Positions 1-12,691 of a stretch of DNA of 64,000 nucleotides are shown here, piece by piece. The DNA is from Vitrella brassicaformis CCMP3155 (lineage: Eukaryota; Protista; Chromerida). The notes beneath the pieces are model-generated. The model saw only the letters and a program-made list of their open reading frames with translations. It was not told the origin of the DNA and did no database searches. Where the stretch lies: NCBI GenBank assembly GCA_001179505.1, contig CDMY01000393.1, positions 1 to 64,000 of the forward strand, read 5' to 3'. The translations under genes and the position numbers were made by a program. Position 1 is the first letter of the stretch. Each line of letters begins with the position of its first letter.

Positions 1-148
1 CCCTCCCTCCCGCCCACCATCACCATGGACTGGGCCCAACACACATTCTGCGAGTAGATCTACCTCCCACAGCCGCCCGCAAAAAGGCCGGTTCTTCACC
101 CCAGCATCCTCCCCGCCCGCCCCTCATCCATTCACGCAAGTCAGTCAG

Positions 149-1085
149 TCAGTCAGTCCTCTCTAAGTCCCTCCCGTCGGAGCACCGCAGCCTCGTTCCG
201 CCTTTGCCCTTTTCACCCGCCCCCTGCTGCTGCGCCTGCGGCACTGATGCAGGAGGAAGGAGTGTGGACGTCAGAGGGATGGGTGGGTCGGACGATGGAC
301 GGAGAGAGGGAGTGGTCTGTGTCGACTGGGTCTTGGTCTCGCGGCCGGTGACGACGGGCAGATAGTACACCTGCTTGGGGAACGGTGGGGGGAAGGGGTA
401 GCTCTTCTGGTGGATGGCTGGTTCCTTGGCTGCCTCGTCCTTGATGGAGTCCTCCTTCTCCGTCGACACAGCATCACCACCCCCACCCCCGCCAACGCTC
501 ACAGTGAACAGTGTGGCCTTGGCGCCGCCCGTCATGCACCGGGCGCCCTCATGCACCACATCCCCTCCACCATCACCGCCGAAGGTAGGTGGGGGCGCAG
601 GCACACCCACGGCCGTGATGGGCTGCTCGTTACTGCTGTACGCCGAGAATGGCGAGACGGGCGACAGGCCTGCGGCCGTCGAGTGGTCCGCATCGCGCCG
701 GCACTCCTCTTCCCTGTCCGGCCGTCGGTCTGTGCGCTGGGCGGGACGCCGTGAGGACGACGAGTACGGTGCCCGGGGGCGGTAGCAGCTCTGAGCAGTA
801 GGGCGCGAGTATGAGGGCGGGTGACGGTTGTGGATGGGTGGCAGCTCGTAGTGGATGGTGCGGGGGTCGCGCAGCTCCTGGTCGCTGTGTGCGAATGGGC
901 AGAAGAAACGGTCGCACTTGGGGTAAAACTGACAGAAGGACTGAACGACAGATAAAGACACGCAAAAGAAAGGCTCTCTCTTTTTCTCTGTGTCTGTCAT
1001 GTGTGTTGGTTGGTTGGTTTGTTCTGCTTACTGACTTACCGTCTTGTATCTGAGTGGGTGGTAGAGGGTCTCCTCCTTCGTGTGG
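149..1085 (-). pseudogene. 5'-truncated tandem copy of the Unkempt-type CCCH gene (3' exons only)
   Basis: Exons read HTKEETLYHPLRYKT|SFCQFYPKCDRFFCPFAHSDQELR, then a Pro/Ser-rich tail. 1016-1085 is identical to 2993-3062 and 1-50 to 2643-2692. Homology stops at 1086 and the upstream finger exons are absent. Confidence 0.55.
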
Positions 1086-1821
1086 CCACGCGCGCCGCAC
1101 AGACACAGAGAGAGACTGGGGGCCGGGTCGCAGCTGAGAAAGACGCGTAGAGAGAAGGTGCCCGCCAGAAGCTGAGGGCGTGTGTGCAAGATAATGTGAC
1201 TTTCCCCTTTCAGGCCTTACCAAGCAGAGGGCATGAGGTTGTGTGTGCGGGTGATGAGGCGAATCCCAAGTTGCTCAAAAGGTATCCCACCGTGAAGAAT
1301 GACGAAGTAAATAACATACAGGCCTCTCCAGCTCAGAATCGCACCTTCATCGAGAGGTCAGAAAAGCTTTGCTAGGGCCCTTGACGGCATGGCCTATCCC
1401 TTGAGATCGAGCAGCATCTCTGTGAGCAGACAAGCGCACAAACAGAGAGAGATGTCATGTGAGAGGCCTTGTGGCTGCTTCTCGCTTCGTGTGTGGCCTC
1501 TGTGTGTGAGCCTTTCTGGTGCTTTTGTGTTTTCGGAGAGAGCATGCGCCGTTAGCGACCCCTAGCACCACTCAAGCTCGCAACTGTAAATACTCTCTGC
1601 CACAGGGCTTTTCCCATTGCAGGAGGGCGGGGGCGGCTGCTGATGTGCTCGGGTAAACCCTAATTATGCGTAGGGTTTGCGAATTTCGTGAATGCGCGTG
1701 TGCAGGAGGGCGCAGCACGAAGGCAGGCGCCTTCCCACACACGGATGTGCGCAGGGGTGGACTGTGTGTGCAGAGAGGGAGGGAGGGAGGGAGGGAGGGG
1801 GCGTGCACTGCACATGTGCCC

Positions 1822-1852
<31 letters not shown>

Positions 1853-2444
1853 TGTGCGTGTGGGTACCGCGGGCGTGGTGGATGGAAGAGACAAGACAGA
1901 CACCCCATTGCTGATTTATTTGCATTTGTCTGTCTTTCAACTATTCAATTTCGATACATACGGACCGGAAGAGTCCTTTCTGTCCCACGTACCATCCATC
2001 CATGTATGTGTGTACATACAGATATCGACACAGCACAGAGAGAGGCAGCACACATATGAGAGAGAGAGAGAGGCACAGAGAGAGGGGGGCACCGCACCGG
2101 GTAAGGGAAGGTAGAGGGGAGGGAGGCACCAGCCTAGGAGGGAGGGAAAGCTACACACACAGAGGCAGGCATGGATCAATGTCTGTCTGCAGGGATACAG
2201 GCACGAGATGCATCTCTAGCTTTCTTGCTTGCTTGCTCAACCAACAGGACAATCAATCGCTACAAAACACCTCAGCTCCTCCCTGCGTCAGTCAGTCATT
2301 CCCTCGCTCCTTAATTACCAAGGTAGGTAGGTGGACACGCTAGTCCCCTCCCCTCCCCCCGGTTCCCATACGAACGACCATTGGTCGCTATCTTACTAAC
2401 CGACCCACAAATGCAGCGATCCGTCCGTCCGTCTGTCTGTCAAG

Positions 2445-3655
2445 TCAGCCGCCTTCACTCGACCTGTGTCGTGTGTTGGCGGCATCAGTCAGCCAGCCAG
2501 CAGCCAGCCAGCCGATAGACAGAAAGAAAAAAGAGAGGCCACATCCTATCCGTGGTATGATCCTGTCAGTCAGCCAGCTACCTTCCATCTCTCTCTTCTC
2601 TTCGGTCGACACACACGGTGGTAAGATCTCACTCACAGCCCTCCCTCCCTCCCGCCCACCATCACCATGGACTGGGCCCAACACACATTCTGNNNNNNNN
2701 NNNNNNNNNNNNNNNNNNNNNNNNNNNNNNNNNNNNNNNNNNNNNNNNNNNNNNNNNNNNNNNNNNNNNNNNNNNNNNNNNNNNNNNNNNNNNNNNNNNN
2801 NNNNNNNNNNNNNNNNNNNNNNNNNNNNNNNNNNNNNNNNNNNNNNNNNNNNNNNNNNNNNNNNNNNNNNNNNNNNNNNNNNNNNNNNNNNNNNNNNNNN
2901 NNNNNNNNNNNNNNNNNNNNNNNNNNNNNNNNNNNNNNNNNNNNNNNNNNNNNNNNNNNNNNNNNNNNNNNNNNNNNNNNNNNNNNNNNNNNGGTTTGTT
3001 CTGCTTACTGACTTACCGTCTTGTATCTGAGTGGGTGGTAGAGGGTCTCCTCCTTCGTGTGGGCATATCGACACTGCACAGCACACAGCCAACCAGCCAG
3101 CCAGGCAGGCAGCATGACAGACACCATTATGTCACAAGCCAGCCAGGTGTGCAGACAACAAGCAGTGCCTTCCTTCCCCCTTTCTGTGAGTACGTACGTT
3201 TCGTTTGTTCCTGCAGCTGTTGTTCTCCAGGCTGAGCTTGCGCTCATAGCGGTTGCGGGAAAAGCTCACGTCGGGGCACAACGTCGGCCTGGCGAAATCA
3301 GTGAGTGGGGTCGATATATCAAACAGGTAAGGTGGCGGGCACTTTGATTTCTTCTCGGCTTTTCGCTCACCAGTATGAGTAGGCGAATGGGTCGCGTCGC
3401 TGCCAGGCCGTCGAATGGCTGTTGGGGCACCGCTGGGAGTCACACGCCTGCGGATGCTCGCAGGCACGGGTGCGGAACGACGCCAACTCGTCTGAAATAA
3501 GACAAGACAGACAGCAGAGAGCGCCTTCCAGTGGCCGTCAGTCATTCCATGTGCGTTTCTTGACCTTCATTCAGGTATCCGTATTGCTGCCCCGTGAACT
3601 CGTCGACGTACGTCGTGAAGCGCTTTGACTGCTTTGACGGCCGCTGATGCTCCAT
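2445..3655 (-). CDS. Unkempt-like tandem CCCH zinc-finger RNA-binding protein (multi-exon; 3' part hidden in a gap, end approximate)
   Basis: Exons MEHQRPSKQSKRFTTYVDEFTGQQYGYLNE | DELASFRTRACEHPQACDSQRCPNSHSTAWQRRDPFAY | RPTLCPDV...NNSC | CRYAHTKEETLYHPLRYKT. The FRT..C..C..C..H..W.RR.P and AH..EE.LYHP..YKT motifs are typical of Unkempt-type fingers. Confidence 0.75.
2693..2992. other. Assembly gap (300 N)
   Basis: Run of N. The flanks match the duplicate at 1-1085, implying about 965 bp of true content if the copies are colinear. Confidence 0.99.
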
Positions 3656-3902
3656 GTCCTTCCAGACGACAATGCCGCAGTCTGGACCTGCGATTCAGGG
3701 GAAAGGAGGAACAAACGCTTGGGAAGCGATCCATCTGCGAGCTCAGCTCCAATTTCGTCATTTGGAGGAGCCACGGATTCTAATGAATGCGGTGACTGCA
3801 GTTGGTGTGCTGATGCTCCCTTTGCAGCCTGAGATGACCGTCAGCTGATTCATCGACGAGAGCAGATCTCCGTCTCGCCAGCCGCTGCGCAGGGTCGGCA
3901 CA

Positions 3903-6900
3903 ATGGCAGATCAGCTGGTGGCTCAGCTGGAGCTCTTGCGCAAGGCCGTCAGCGACGCGTCGGCAGGGCAGGTGACCAATGGCCGCAAGATGGAGGTCCT
4001 CCGCACCCTTCCGTCGCTGCTGCCGTCGCTGCCCAAAGACGCCATCCGCAAGCACCAGAAGCACCTGGAGGACCTCACGCACCAGCTGGTCAAGCAGAAC
4101 CCCACCCAAGTCATCAAGCGCCTGCTGGCCGTCAATCTCGTGCTGCTTTATCGGCATGGCGACTCGGTCACAGTGACGTCGACGGTGAGTCAGCTGGTGC
4201 TGACGGCAAATAGTCCGAGTGCCAAGGTGGCCCCGCCTGTGAGGGCGGCTGCGTTGGCCGTGGTTGGGGAGATGGTGGCGCATCCGGGCGATCCTTTGGC
4301 TGAAGAGGGTGTGGTTGGTCTGGGAGTGGGCACGTGGCTCAGCAGCTTCCTCCCTGAGATTGTGTCGGCCGTCGGCAGACACCAGAGGGTCCCAGAGGTG
4401 AGCTGAGCAAGGAGAGCCAGCCAGACGAACACTCTTTGCTTTTGAATGATGTTGGTTGGCTTCTCGTCGTCTGTGTGGTCAGGCGGGCATCCGTGAGAGC
4501 GCCCTGCTGTGTCTGTGGCGGTGTCTGGAGGCCATGGGCGGGATGGTCGGCGGCATCACACTGGCCAACGAGGGATGGAAAGTAATCAGCAAAGCCCTGG
4601 CAGACAAGGCCCCCTGCGTCCGGGCGGCGGCATACAAGTGCCTGGGTGCTCTGGCGTGGTCGTCGCCAGTGGCTTTGACGACGCACTTCGACTCGATGGT
4701 GGGGCTTTGCGTGAAGAATGCGAGTGAGGAGGGGGGAGGGGTGGACAGGGGGGGCAGGAGGGACCTGGTCGAGGCACTCGCGGCCATTCTCACCATGGCT
4801 GCATCGCTGCCTGTTGCTGATGCACAGACGGTCGGTTCCCACCCCACCCACGCGCCATAGAGAAACGCACATCACACATGGACACCCATGAAATCTCTGT
4901 GTCCGTGAATGGATGGATGGCTGCAGGCGCCCTCGAGCATGGGCATGACGGTTCCCTGGCTGTCCACCCCCACCATCACCACCATGACTATGGACAAGAA
5001 ACGCCGCGCTGTCGTCGACACCCCGTCCGCCCTCACCTTCCTCACCTCCACCTTCAGCAAACCCAACCAGACCCCCCAGCTGCGCGAGACACTCGCTGCC
5101 ACATACGTCACCGTCTGCACCTTCAAGCAGGCCCTCAGCGAGCAGGCCATCCACGCGGCCTACGGCTCAGAGGGGCCCGACCTCAGCGAGGCGTTGCAGA
5201 TATGGCTTGACGGTCTGGGCGTTGGGGGCGAGAGGAGTGCCTTGGGTCTGGTGGGGTTTGCCGGCATGCCGCAGGCCATGCAGAGGGGGGCGGGGTGGGG
5301 CAACACCCTCGATGGCTGGCATGCTGTCAGGTAGGAGCAGACAGACAGACAGACAGAGAGAGAGATGGATATCGCTGTATGTGCCCTTGTCTGTCTCTCA
5401 GCTGCGTGTCGCACAGCAGCCGGGGTCTGGTTCGGCTTGCGCGAGGGTCAGCCCCGGGAGGGCCGCTGGCCTCGCTGATCGAACGTGTGCTGTGCCCCTT
5501 CCTGACGGCTTATACGCCCAGCACGTCGCCCATGCAGATGGTGTGTGTCCTGGAGGTCCTCGCGTACGCCTGCTACCAGGTGAGCTCTCAGTCGGGTGGG
5601 TGGGTGCCAGGGGAACAGTGAGTGCCATGGAGGGAGCGGGGGGGTTCATTCCTGTGTTTGATATAATATGTATATGTGTGCCAGGCCGGTGAGAGTCTGT
5701 GCACCCTGGAGACCCAGGTGACGGAGCCGCTGCTCTACATCCTCTCATCTGTCCAGGTGAGCCATCACCCACGCGGACTGTCATCTCACCATTCATGGCT
5801 CTGTTCCTGTGTTTTATCTGCAAATGGATGGATGGGTGAGTGCAGGGCGAGCACGCTACGCTTCTGCAGCAGCAGGCCGCCTGGGGTCTGCGGATCATCG
5901 CACACGCGTCGCCCCCCAAGCTGTTCCAGCTCCTCAGCGTGCTCCTCAACCTGTCCACCATCGACAACGCTGAGCTCATGGCTTTCACCTCAAAGGACGC
6001 CGCCAAAACCGACCCTGATGGCCGGTTCCTGGAGGTGAGAAATCATCTGTCTGTCTGTCTGTCTCTCTGTCACATGAAACACGCCCCTCTCCCGCCTGTG
6101 TGTTCAGGGTCATCTCCGTTCGCTGTGCGGTCACTGCACGGCGCTCGCCTCGCTGGTGGCCGAGCTGTCCCCCCCAAACACCAACTCGCGGCTGGCAGTG
6201 CCCCACGACGTGACGTCGGCAGTGATGGGGACATGCAAGGCCCTCACGCAGGCGCACCCGCTGCCGCCCGTCTTCTCGCAGAGACGGCTCTGTGCGTTTG
6301 TGTTGCTGGAGCCGCTGATGGCCCTGGGGGACGACTGGACGGGGGCGAGGCTGACCACCGTTTTTGCGTTGTGGAAAAGCGCATTGGGGAAGAAGAGCAT
6401 TGATGGCCTCAAGTAGGCAGGGAAAGGACACACACATAGAGGGAGAAAGAGGTGGATGGATCGGTGTGATTCTGTTTGCAGGCAGCTGTATCAGTACCAC
6501 CACCCGTCCCCAGGCGAGAAGCCCTCCCCGCCCGACGGCGAGGGCGCCCCCTCAAAGGATGCCAAGCCCACCGACGAGCTGCTCGTCGTCCTGGCCGCTC
6601 TCAAGTCGCTTCTCTCCTTCCTCAAGCACTCCAAACACGGCCTGCTCGTCTCGCTCCCCCACCTGCACAAGATCGTGGTCGTCTTCCTGACCAACGTCTC
6701 GCAGCTGGTGAGCTTCTTCCCCCACCCCTACTCGATGGACGGCGGGGGGCCGAGGGGGGTGACCTTCTCGGGGAGCGAGTGCGGGATGGGTGGGGTGCTG
6801 TTGGCGATGCGGGCGGGGCTCTATGAGGCTTTTGCGGCGATTGCCTCGACGCACTACGCTGGGAGGTTTGTGTCGCTGCTCAACTTGCTGGCGGACGATT

Positions 6901-9900
6901 TGACGAGGCCGGCTGCGTCGCCCGTCTTCCCTCTCTACTCAATGGTCAGCCGCACAGGCAATCAGAAAGCACCAAGGAACGGGGGATAGCATCGTCTCTC
7001 GCGTCTGTCTGTCTGTTCAGGTGTCCGACTACCTCCCCAGCAGCGACCACTACGTCGATCTGTCGGACCTCCAGGCTACCCAGCCCGACACGCCCATCAC
7101 CCTCCCACAACCACACCCCTCACCCAGTTCCACCTCCCATCAGCCGCTCGATGACGACCCCGACGGCCCGATGCCGCCAAACATGGCGTGTGTGGCATTC
7201 GGGGGGCGGATGGGGGGGCTGGGTGTCTGGTGTCCGCTGTGGGACCCCTGGGACGTGAGGGAACCGACGGGCAGGCCGCTGCTCATGGAGAGGGAGCCTC
7301 TGGAGCTGAGGTGTCGGACAGCAGCATTGTGTCTCTTTGGGGAGATCATGGCAGCCCCCAGTGTGCCAGAGAACACCCGAATGACGGTCATCCAGCATCT
7401 CATGAAGAAATACCGCCAGTCGGCCCCGCCATCCACAACCACAGGTGCCAGCACTACCAGCGGCATTAGCGGCACCGCATCCGCCATCCCATCTTCGTTG
7501 CACCAGCACCAAGACCTCTCACAGGCCGGCAGGACAGCAAGCACATCCACTGCCACAGCGACAGCAGCATCGGCCGTGGCGAGCATCATCAAAGACCTGC
7601 CCAACCTGAACCTCAATCGGCCCGCAGCAGGTAGCTCCTCCAGCAGTGCTGCCGCTGCGGGGTCGTCATCCGGCCCGCTGCACACGTGGGACGCCTCGCT
7701 GGTGGTGCCGATATCGGTCATGGCTGGGGTGCTGTCGTATTTGCTGAGGGCGGCTGCTTATAGGGGTCAGAGGGACAAGGAGGGGGGCGACGCCGGCAGT
7801 GGTTTGGGAAGGGGTGAGGAGGATTTGATAGTGGGTGTGGTCAAGGAGGGGCTGCTGGCGCAATCACCGCTGCTCGTCAGGATGCACGTCGAGGTGACCA
7901 CAGACAGACAGGCAGACAGACGAAATACGAGAGAGGGGCAACGGTATTCTCTCGTCTGTTGTCTGTTTGTCTGTCTGGTCATTGACTGCAGGTGTTCAGC
8001 CTTCTCTTCGTTCTGCATGAGTTGCAGAGGGAGAGGTCGTCTGGCGCAGCCCCGCCCCTACTCGACGTAATCCACCAGTTCACAGCCAACAAAGCCAGCC
8101 CCCAGGCACGGGCCTCCGCCGCCCTCCTCTGCGGCTCGCTCATCCGATGCTTCTCACAATGGGCGCCTTCGCTTACCCCAAACTCGACCCCCTCCCCCTC
8201 GCCCTCTCCCTCTGTGTGTCCCTACCTGCGGCCTGTAATGGGCGATCTGCTCAGCCTCGCCACTGAGACCGCCCAGCCCGGCCGCCTGGCGATGCTGCAC
8301 GCATTCGGGCTGATCATGGATGCCACCGGTGGGGCGTTCCTGCCCTACATGAAGGACAGCCTCACCTTCGCCACCGCCCACTTGCTGGCGGACCCCTACC
8401 CCAATCCACTCATCGCCGCAGCACTCAGCCACATCCTCATGTCGGCCGTGACGGTGGTGCTCTCGCCTTCTCCGGGCGATGCGGGCGTGAGAGAGGAGGC
8501 CCTGAGCAAGGTGGTTGGGGTGTGGAGCGAGCTGCGATTCTTTCCTTTTCCGGAGGCGACGGCGCCGCTGCACTGTGCGGTGATGAGCGTGCTGCGGCGG
8601 GTGGTGCTGGTGGCGCCGTGGAGCTTTGATCTGTCGTCGTCTGAGCTGGCGGGGGTGGCGAGGGTGCGGCTGGACCACCCATGCTCGACGGTGAGGTGGG
8701 CGGCACTCGAGGCGCTGACCGCTCTGCTCAAGGCTCACATGGCGCTGCCCGCACTGCTGGATGAACAGGTGGGTGGGTGAGGATGACACCCTGACACAAT
8801 TCACTGAATGCGCCCACTCTCGATTGTGTGTTTTTGGTGTGATGGATCAGCTTGACGGGCTGTTGTTCGTGATGCTCGACGACGAGGAGGAGCCCCTGGT
8901 GTTGGCTGCCGCGCGCCGGCTCATTGCGCTGAGGCTGCAGCAGGAGGGCCTCTCACAGCTGCCCAAATGCATCGGCCTGCTCAAGTGAGTACCTAACCTG
9001 GCAGACATGGATGGATGGATGGCAAATGGCAGACTCGTGCTCTCATGGGGCTCCTTTATCGATCCTGTCTGTCATTCATGTCAGGTCAGTGCTGCAAGGC
9101 TCATCTGCCTCCGACTCCCTCCGCCCCGTTCGCTCTGTGCGCACATCCCCCGCCCCCCCACCCCCCCGAACGCCCTCATCTCACCATGACGAGCCGCCCA
9201 ACGAACAGAAAGACAGGTAGGTAATAATGATGGGCACAACACAGACAGACAACCGACAACAGTCACCCACTAATAGTGTTATGTGCTCCCGCATTGCATG
9301 CAGTTTTGACGACGATGTGAACGAGGACTCGACCCCTCCCACGTCGCCCACTGCAGGGGGCAGAGGCAAGGGCGCGTCGATGACATCGTCCGGTCAAGGC
9401 CTCAGCGATGGGCGAGAGGGGGGCGGCAGGGCGGGGTCGCAGAGGGGCCTGCCCAGCGGGCTACAGCCACGGATGGCCCCTTCGCTGAGCAGGAGAGGGC
9501 GGGGGCGGAGCAGGGAGGCCAAGGCGACTACCAAGGCGTTTGCTATCAGATGCCTCAGGTAGGTACACATACATACCCACACCTGTCTGTCTGTCTGTCT
9601 GCATGGATGTTTGTGTGCACTCGTCAGGTGGTTGCTGGAGCTGGCGAGCCCCCACGATGCATCACGACACTACACACTGGATCCTGAGGATGTGCACGGG
9701 AGGGGAAGTGAGGGGGGGAGTGGTGGGGATGATGGCTGCCTTGGTGGGAGGCTGGTACACCACCTCGAGACTCTCCTCTTCCTTGCCTGTGGGGCCGTGT
9801 CGTCGCCCCTCATGACCGTCGCCGAGGAGGGCACCCACCTGCTGCTGCTGCTTGTGCAGAGGTGAGTCGGTGGGGCTGTGGGTGGATGGATGGATGGATA

Positions 9901-12691
9901 GCTCGTCTGTGTTGTGTGTGTCAGGTTCAAGCGCACCAAGGACCCCCACAAGCTGACTGACGACGACAACGAGAGGGATGACGGCGAGAGTGCCGACCGC
10001 CGACCCCCTCTGCTGCTGCAGTTCGAGGCGCCCCTCTTCGCCGCACTCCGACAGACACTCCAGCCCGACTGCCCGCCTCCGATCGCCATACTCGGGCTGC
10101 ACCTGCTGTTCGAGCTGCTCACCGGACGTACGCAAACCCACCAAGAAAAGAGCCTCCATCTATGCAACACGTGCCATTTCCTCCTTCGCTTCGTCCCACA
10201 GATCTGTTCTCATCGTCACGTCGGCTAGTTCAGCTGCTGCTGGGCCCCCTGCAGTCGCCATTGGCATCGTCATCGTCATCGTCAGCAGCAGCGGCATCGA
10301 GCAGCAGGAGGGCGGATTTGGGCGCTGGTGGTGGTGGTGGTGCGGGGAGTGACTGCAACAGCGACCTGGAGAGCCACATGCGGTTCAATCCGTTCTTCTG
10401 CGAGCGGGAGTCGTCCAAGCTGCACCTCTGCCGCATCAAGCTGGCGTGTCGCGTGGCGGAGGGAGAGGGCGACGTGGGTGTCGATGAGATCAGGCCATAC
10501 CTCCCTGACCTCACCAGACACGTGTGGCTGCTGTTCCGGTGAGTAAGGGGGGTGGGTGGTCGACACAGGGGCGTTATGGATGGATGGTGGTTGGTTCCTT
10601 TCTGTGGTTCAGGGATTGTGTGCTGCTCCAGTCTGAGATGTCGTCGACGTTTCTCCGCAGCTACCAGCCATACAGCCTCGTCATGGCGGACTGCAAAGCC
10701 CTCGCCTCAACCTACCGCACCATCCTCACCGACACGACCCTATTCAGAGGCCTCAACGCCCTCGCCAGACACAACCACCTCCAGCCCCTCATGCAGCCCG
10801 CAGCCAAGCCGTCCTCACCCACCCCACCATCCCCACCGTCTGTCATCATCCTGGGCTATGCCGTCCACAGGCTCACCCAACTCGCGTCGCAGCGAGGCAA
10901 AGATGGGGCGCTTGGCGGCAACGATCTGAGTGCGTCGTTTCGGGAGCTGGGTGTGGGCGACTCGGCTGTGGGCGAGAGTGAGGTGACTGAGATGCGGTGC
11001 ATTGTCGAGTGTGTGCGGCATCTGATGGGGCTGCGGCGGGAGGGCGGGGGAGGGGTCGCCGAGAGCGATTGGGGTTTCGCTGAGGAGGTGCTGAGAGGGG
11101 TATGGGAGGCGACCTTCCACCACACCGACCCCACTGTCAGGTCAGAACGAACCCACCATGCACGCCATGTGACACACTTTATGTCTCCCTGCTGCATGGT
11201 CATGTCATCATCAGGTCGATGCTTCTGCCCGATCTATTGGCCCTTCTCAACCACTTGACGGTCAACCTCCCCCGGCCGTCATCCTCGCCAGGCGACCCCT
11301 GCCTGCCCTTCTGGCACACGCTCGCCCGAGCCTCCTTCCAGCTGTGCGTCGTGGCCTTCAACACCATCGCGTCCTCACACCCATCGGCATCCGCCAGTCT
11401 TGTCCCGCTTGTCTATGACTTCTACGCACTGTGGCTTTCGACCATCACACCGGTGACCCACGGTCGACTCAGCGCCTTCTGGTGGCTGCTCTTCGTGTCG
11501 CCCTTCCCTGTGGACGTCCTGCTCACACACGGGAACCCACAGCCGGTGCTCAAGGCGTGGCGACACATCTGTCGGGCTCTCGCGGACAGCACAAGCCCGG
11601 CCTCGTCTCTGTTGGTGCTGAGGTGGCTGTTGGGAAGCCAGGATGAGCACCTGAGAGGCCGGCTGCTCAAGAACGGAGTGGGGGAGAGGCCAGACGGCGA
11701 GGGGGCGTTGAGCAGGGCGGGGTCGCTCGGGTCCCAGGCGTGGGCTAGCGAGAGGGAGGAGGCTGAGAGGGCGGCGCTGGTGCTGTTCGCTTTATTTGTC
11801 ACAACGCTATCGCATTTCGACGGGTTTGACCGCAACGTTGACAAGCGACAGCTGGCGAAGAGTGCCGGCATAGCCCGTGGACTGTTCGACGCTATGATTT
11901 ACGGCGACCAGGACGGCCTGCCCGTCACCCTCCCCCTCCCTCTGTCCATGACCCAGAGCCCGATCGTGTCGTCGCTGCACAACCTGCTCCAGTCGTCCAA
12001 TTGCCGCTGGCTGGTGCCCTCGATGCTCGCCACCCTTTCCCCATCCCTCCTTCCCCTCGTCCGTGTGGCACCCCCTGTGTTGGTGGTCCCTTCCTCCCCA
12101 CCGGTGTCATCATCTCTCATGAAAGACAGCGACGAGGAGTTCGGTCTCTCCAACGGCAAGGTGGGCGAAGACGTGCTCGAGGCCCTCACAGGCTGGCACG
12201 GCCTGCAGCTGTGTCTTGCCGCCATGACCGCCAGCGCCACCAAGGAGAGCGAGGCCGCTGCATGGGAGGGCGTGGCTCGGCTGGTGCTGGTGCTGGCGAG
12301 TGGGTGCCTGGAGGCGCTCATGGATGCGGCCATCGGGGCGAATTGCATCGTCAAGCGGACGGACGGCGAGCAGCAGCAGCAGGAGTGGATCAAGGTCTCC
12401 ACTGGCGGGGCTGGGGAGCTGTCGGGCTACCACCGCACCATGGCAGCAATGCTCCTGGACTTCGCGTCACGCCACCAGGATGCCTTCAAGACAGCGCTCG
12501 GCACGGCACTCTCAGCACGGCAAAAGCAGCTTGTGGAGGCTCTGTTACGCGCACATCTGCCGCAGATGGCCAAGAGAGAGGATGGGAGGGAGGCAGAAAG
12601 GGGGCAGCAGGGGAAGCGGCAAAGGAAGGAGGGCCCTGTCAAGGCAGCGCAAGTCAAGGGGGGTAGAATCGAACTGAAAATGCAGTTCTAG
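3903..12691 (+). CDS. HEATR5: HEATR5/SWEETIE/Laa1-family large HEAT-repeat protein (AP-1 accessory factor), many exons
   Basis: N-terminus LRTLPSLL..DAIRKHQKHL..PTQVIKRLLAVNLVLLYRHGDS matches the HEATR5 N-terminal pattern. HEAT-like segments follow (LADKAPCVRAAAYKCLGAL, VRWAALEALTALL) and the C-terminus GRIELKMQF resembles the family's terminal motif. GT-AG introns link the ORF pieces. Confidence 0.85.

Noticed and set aside
1184-1430. Lower-GC segment as a possible transposase fragment
   Set aside because: Short frames with stops and no recognisable catalytic motif.
1572-2343. Several 80-140 aa ORFs on both strands
   Set aside because: They are built from microsatellite translations (THTHT, EGGREGG, CVCVCV).
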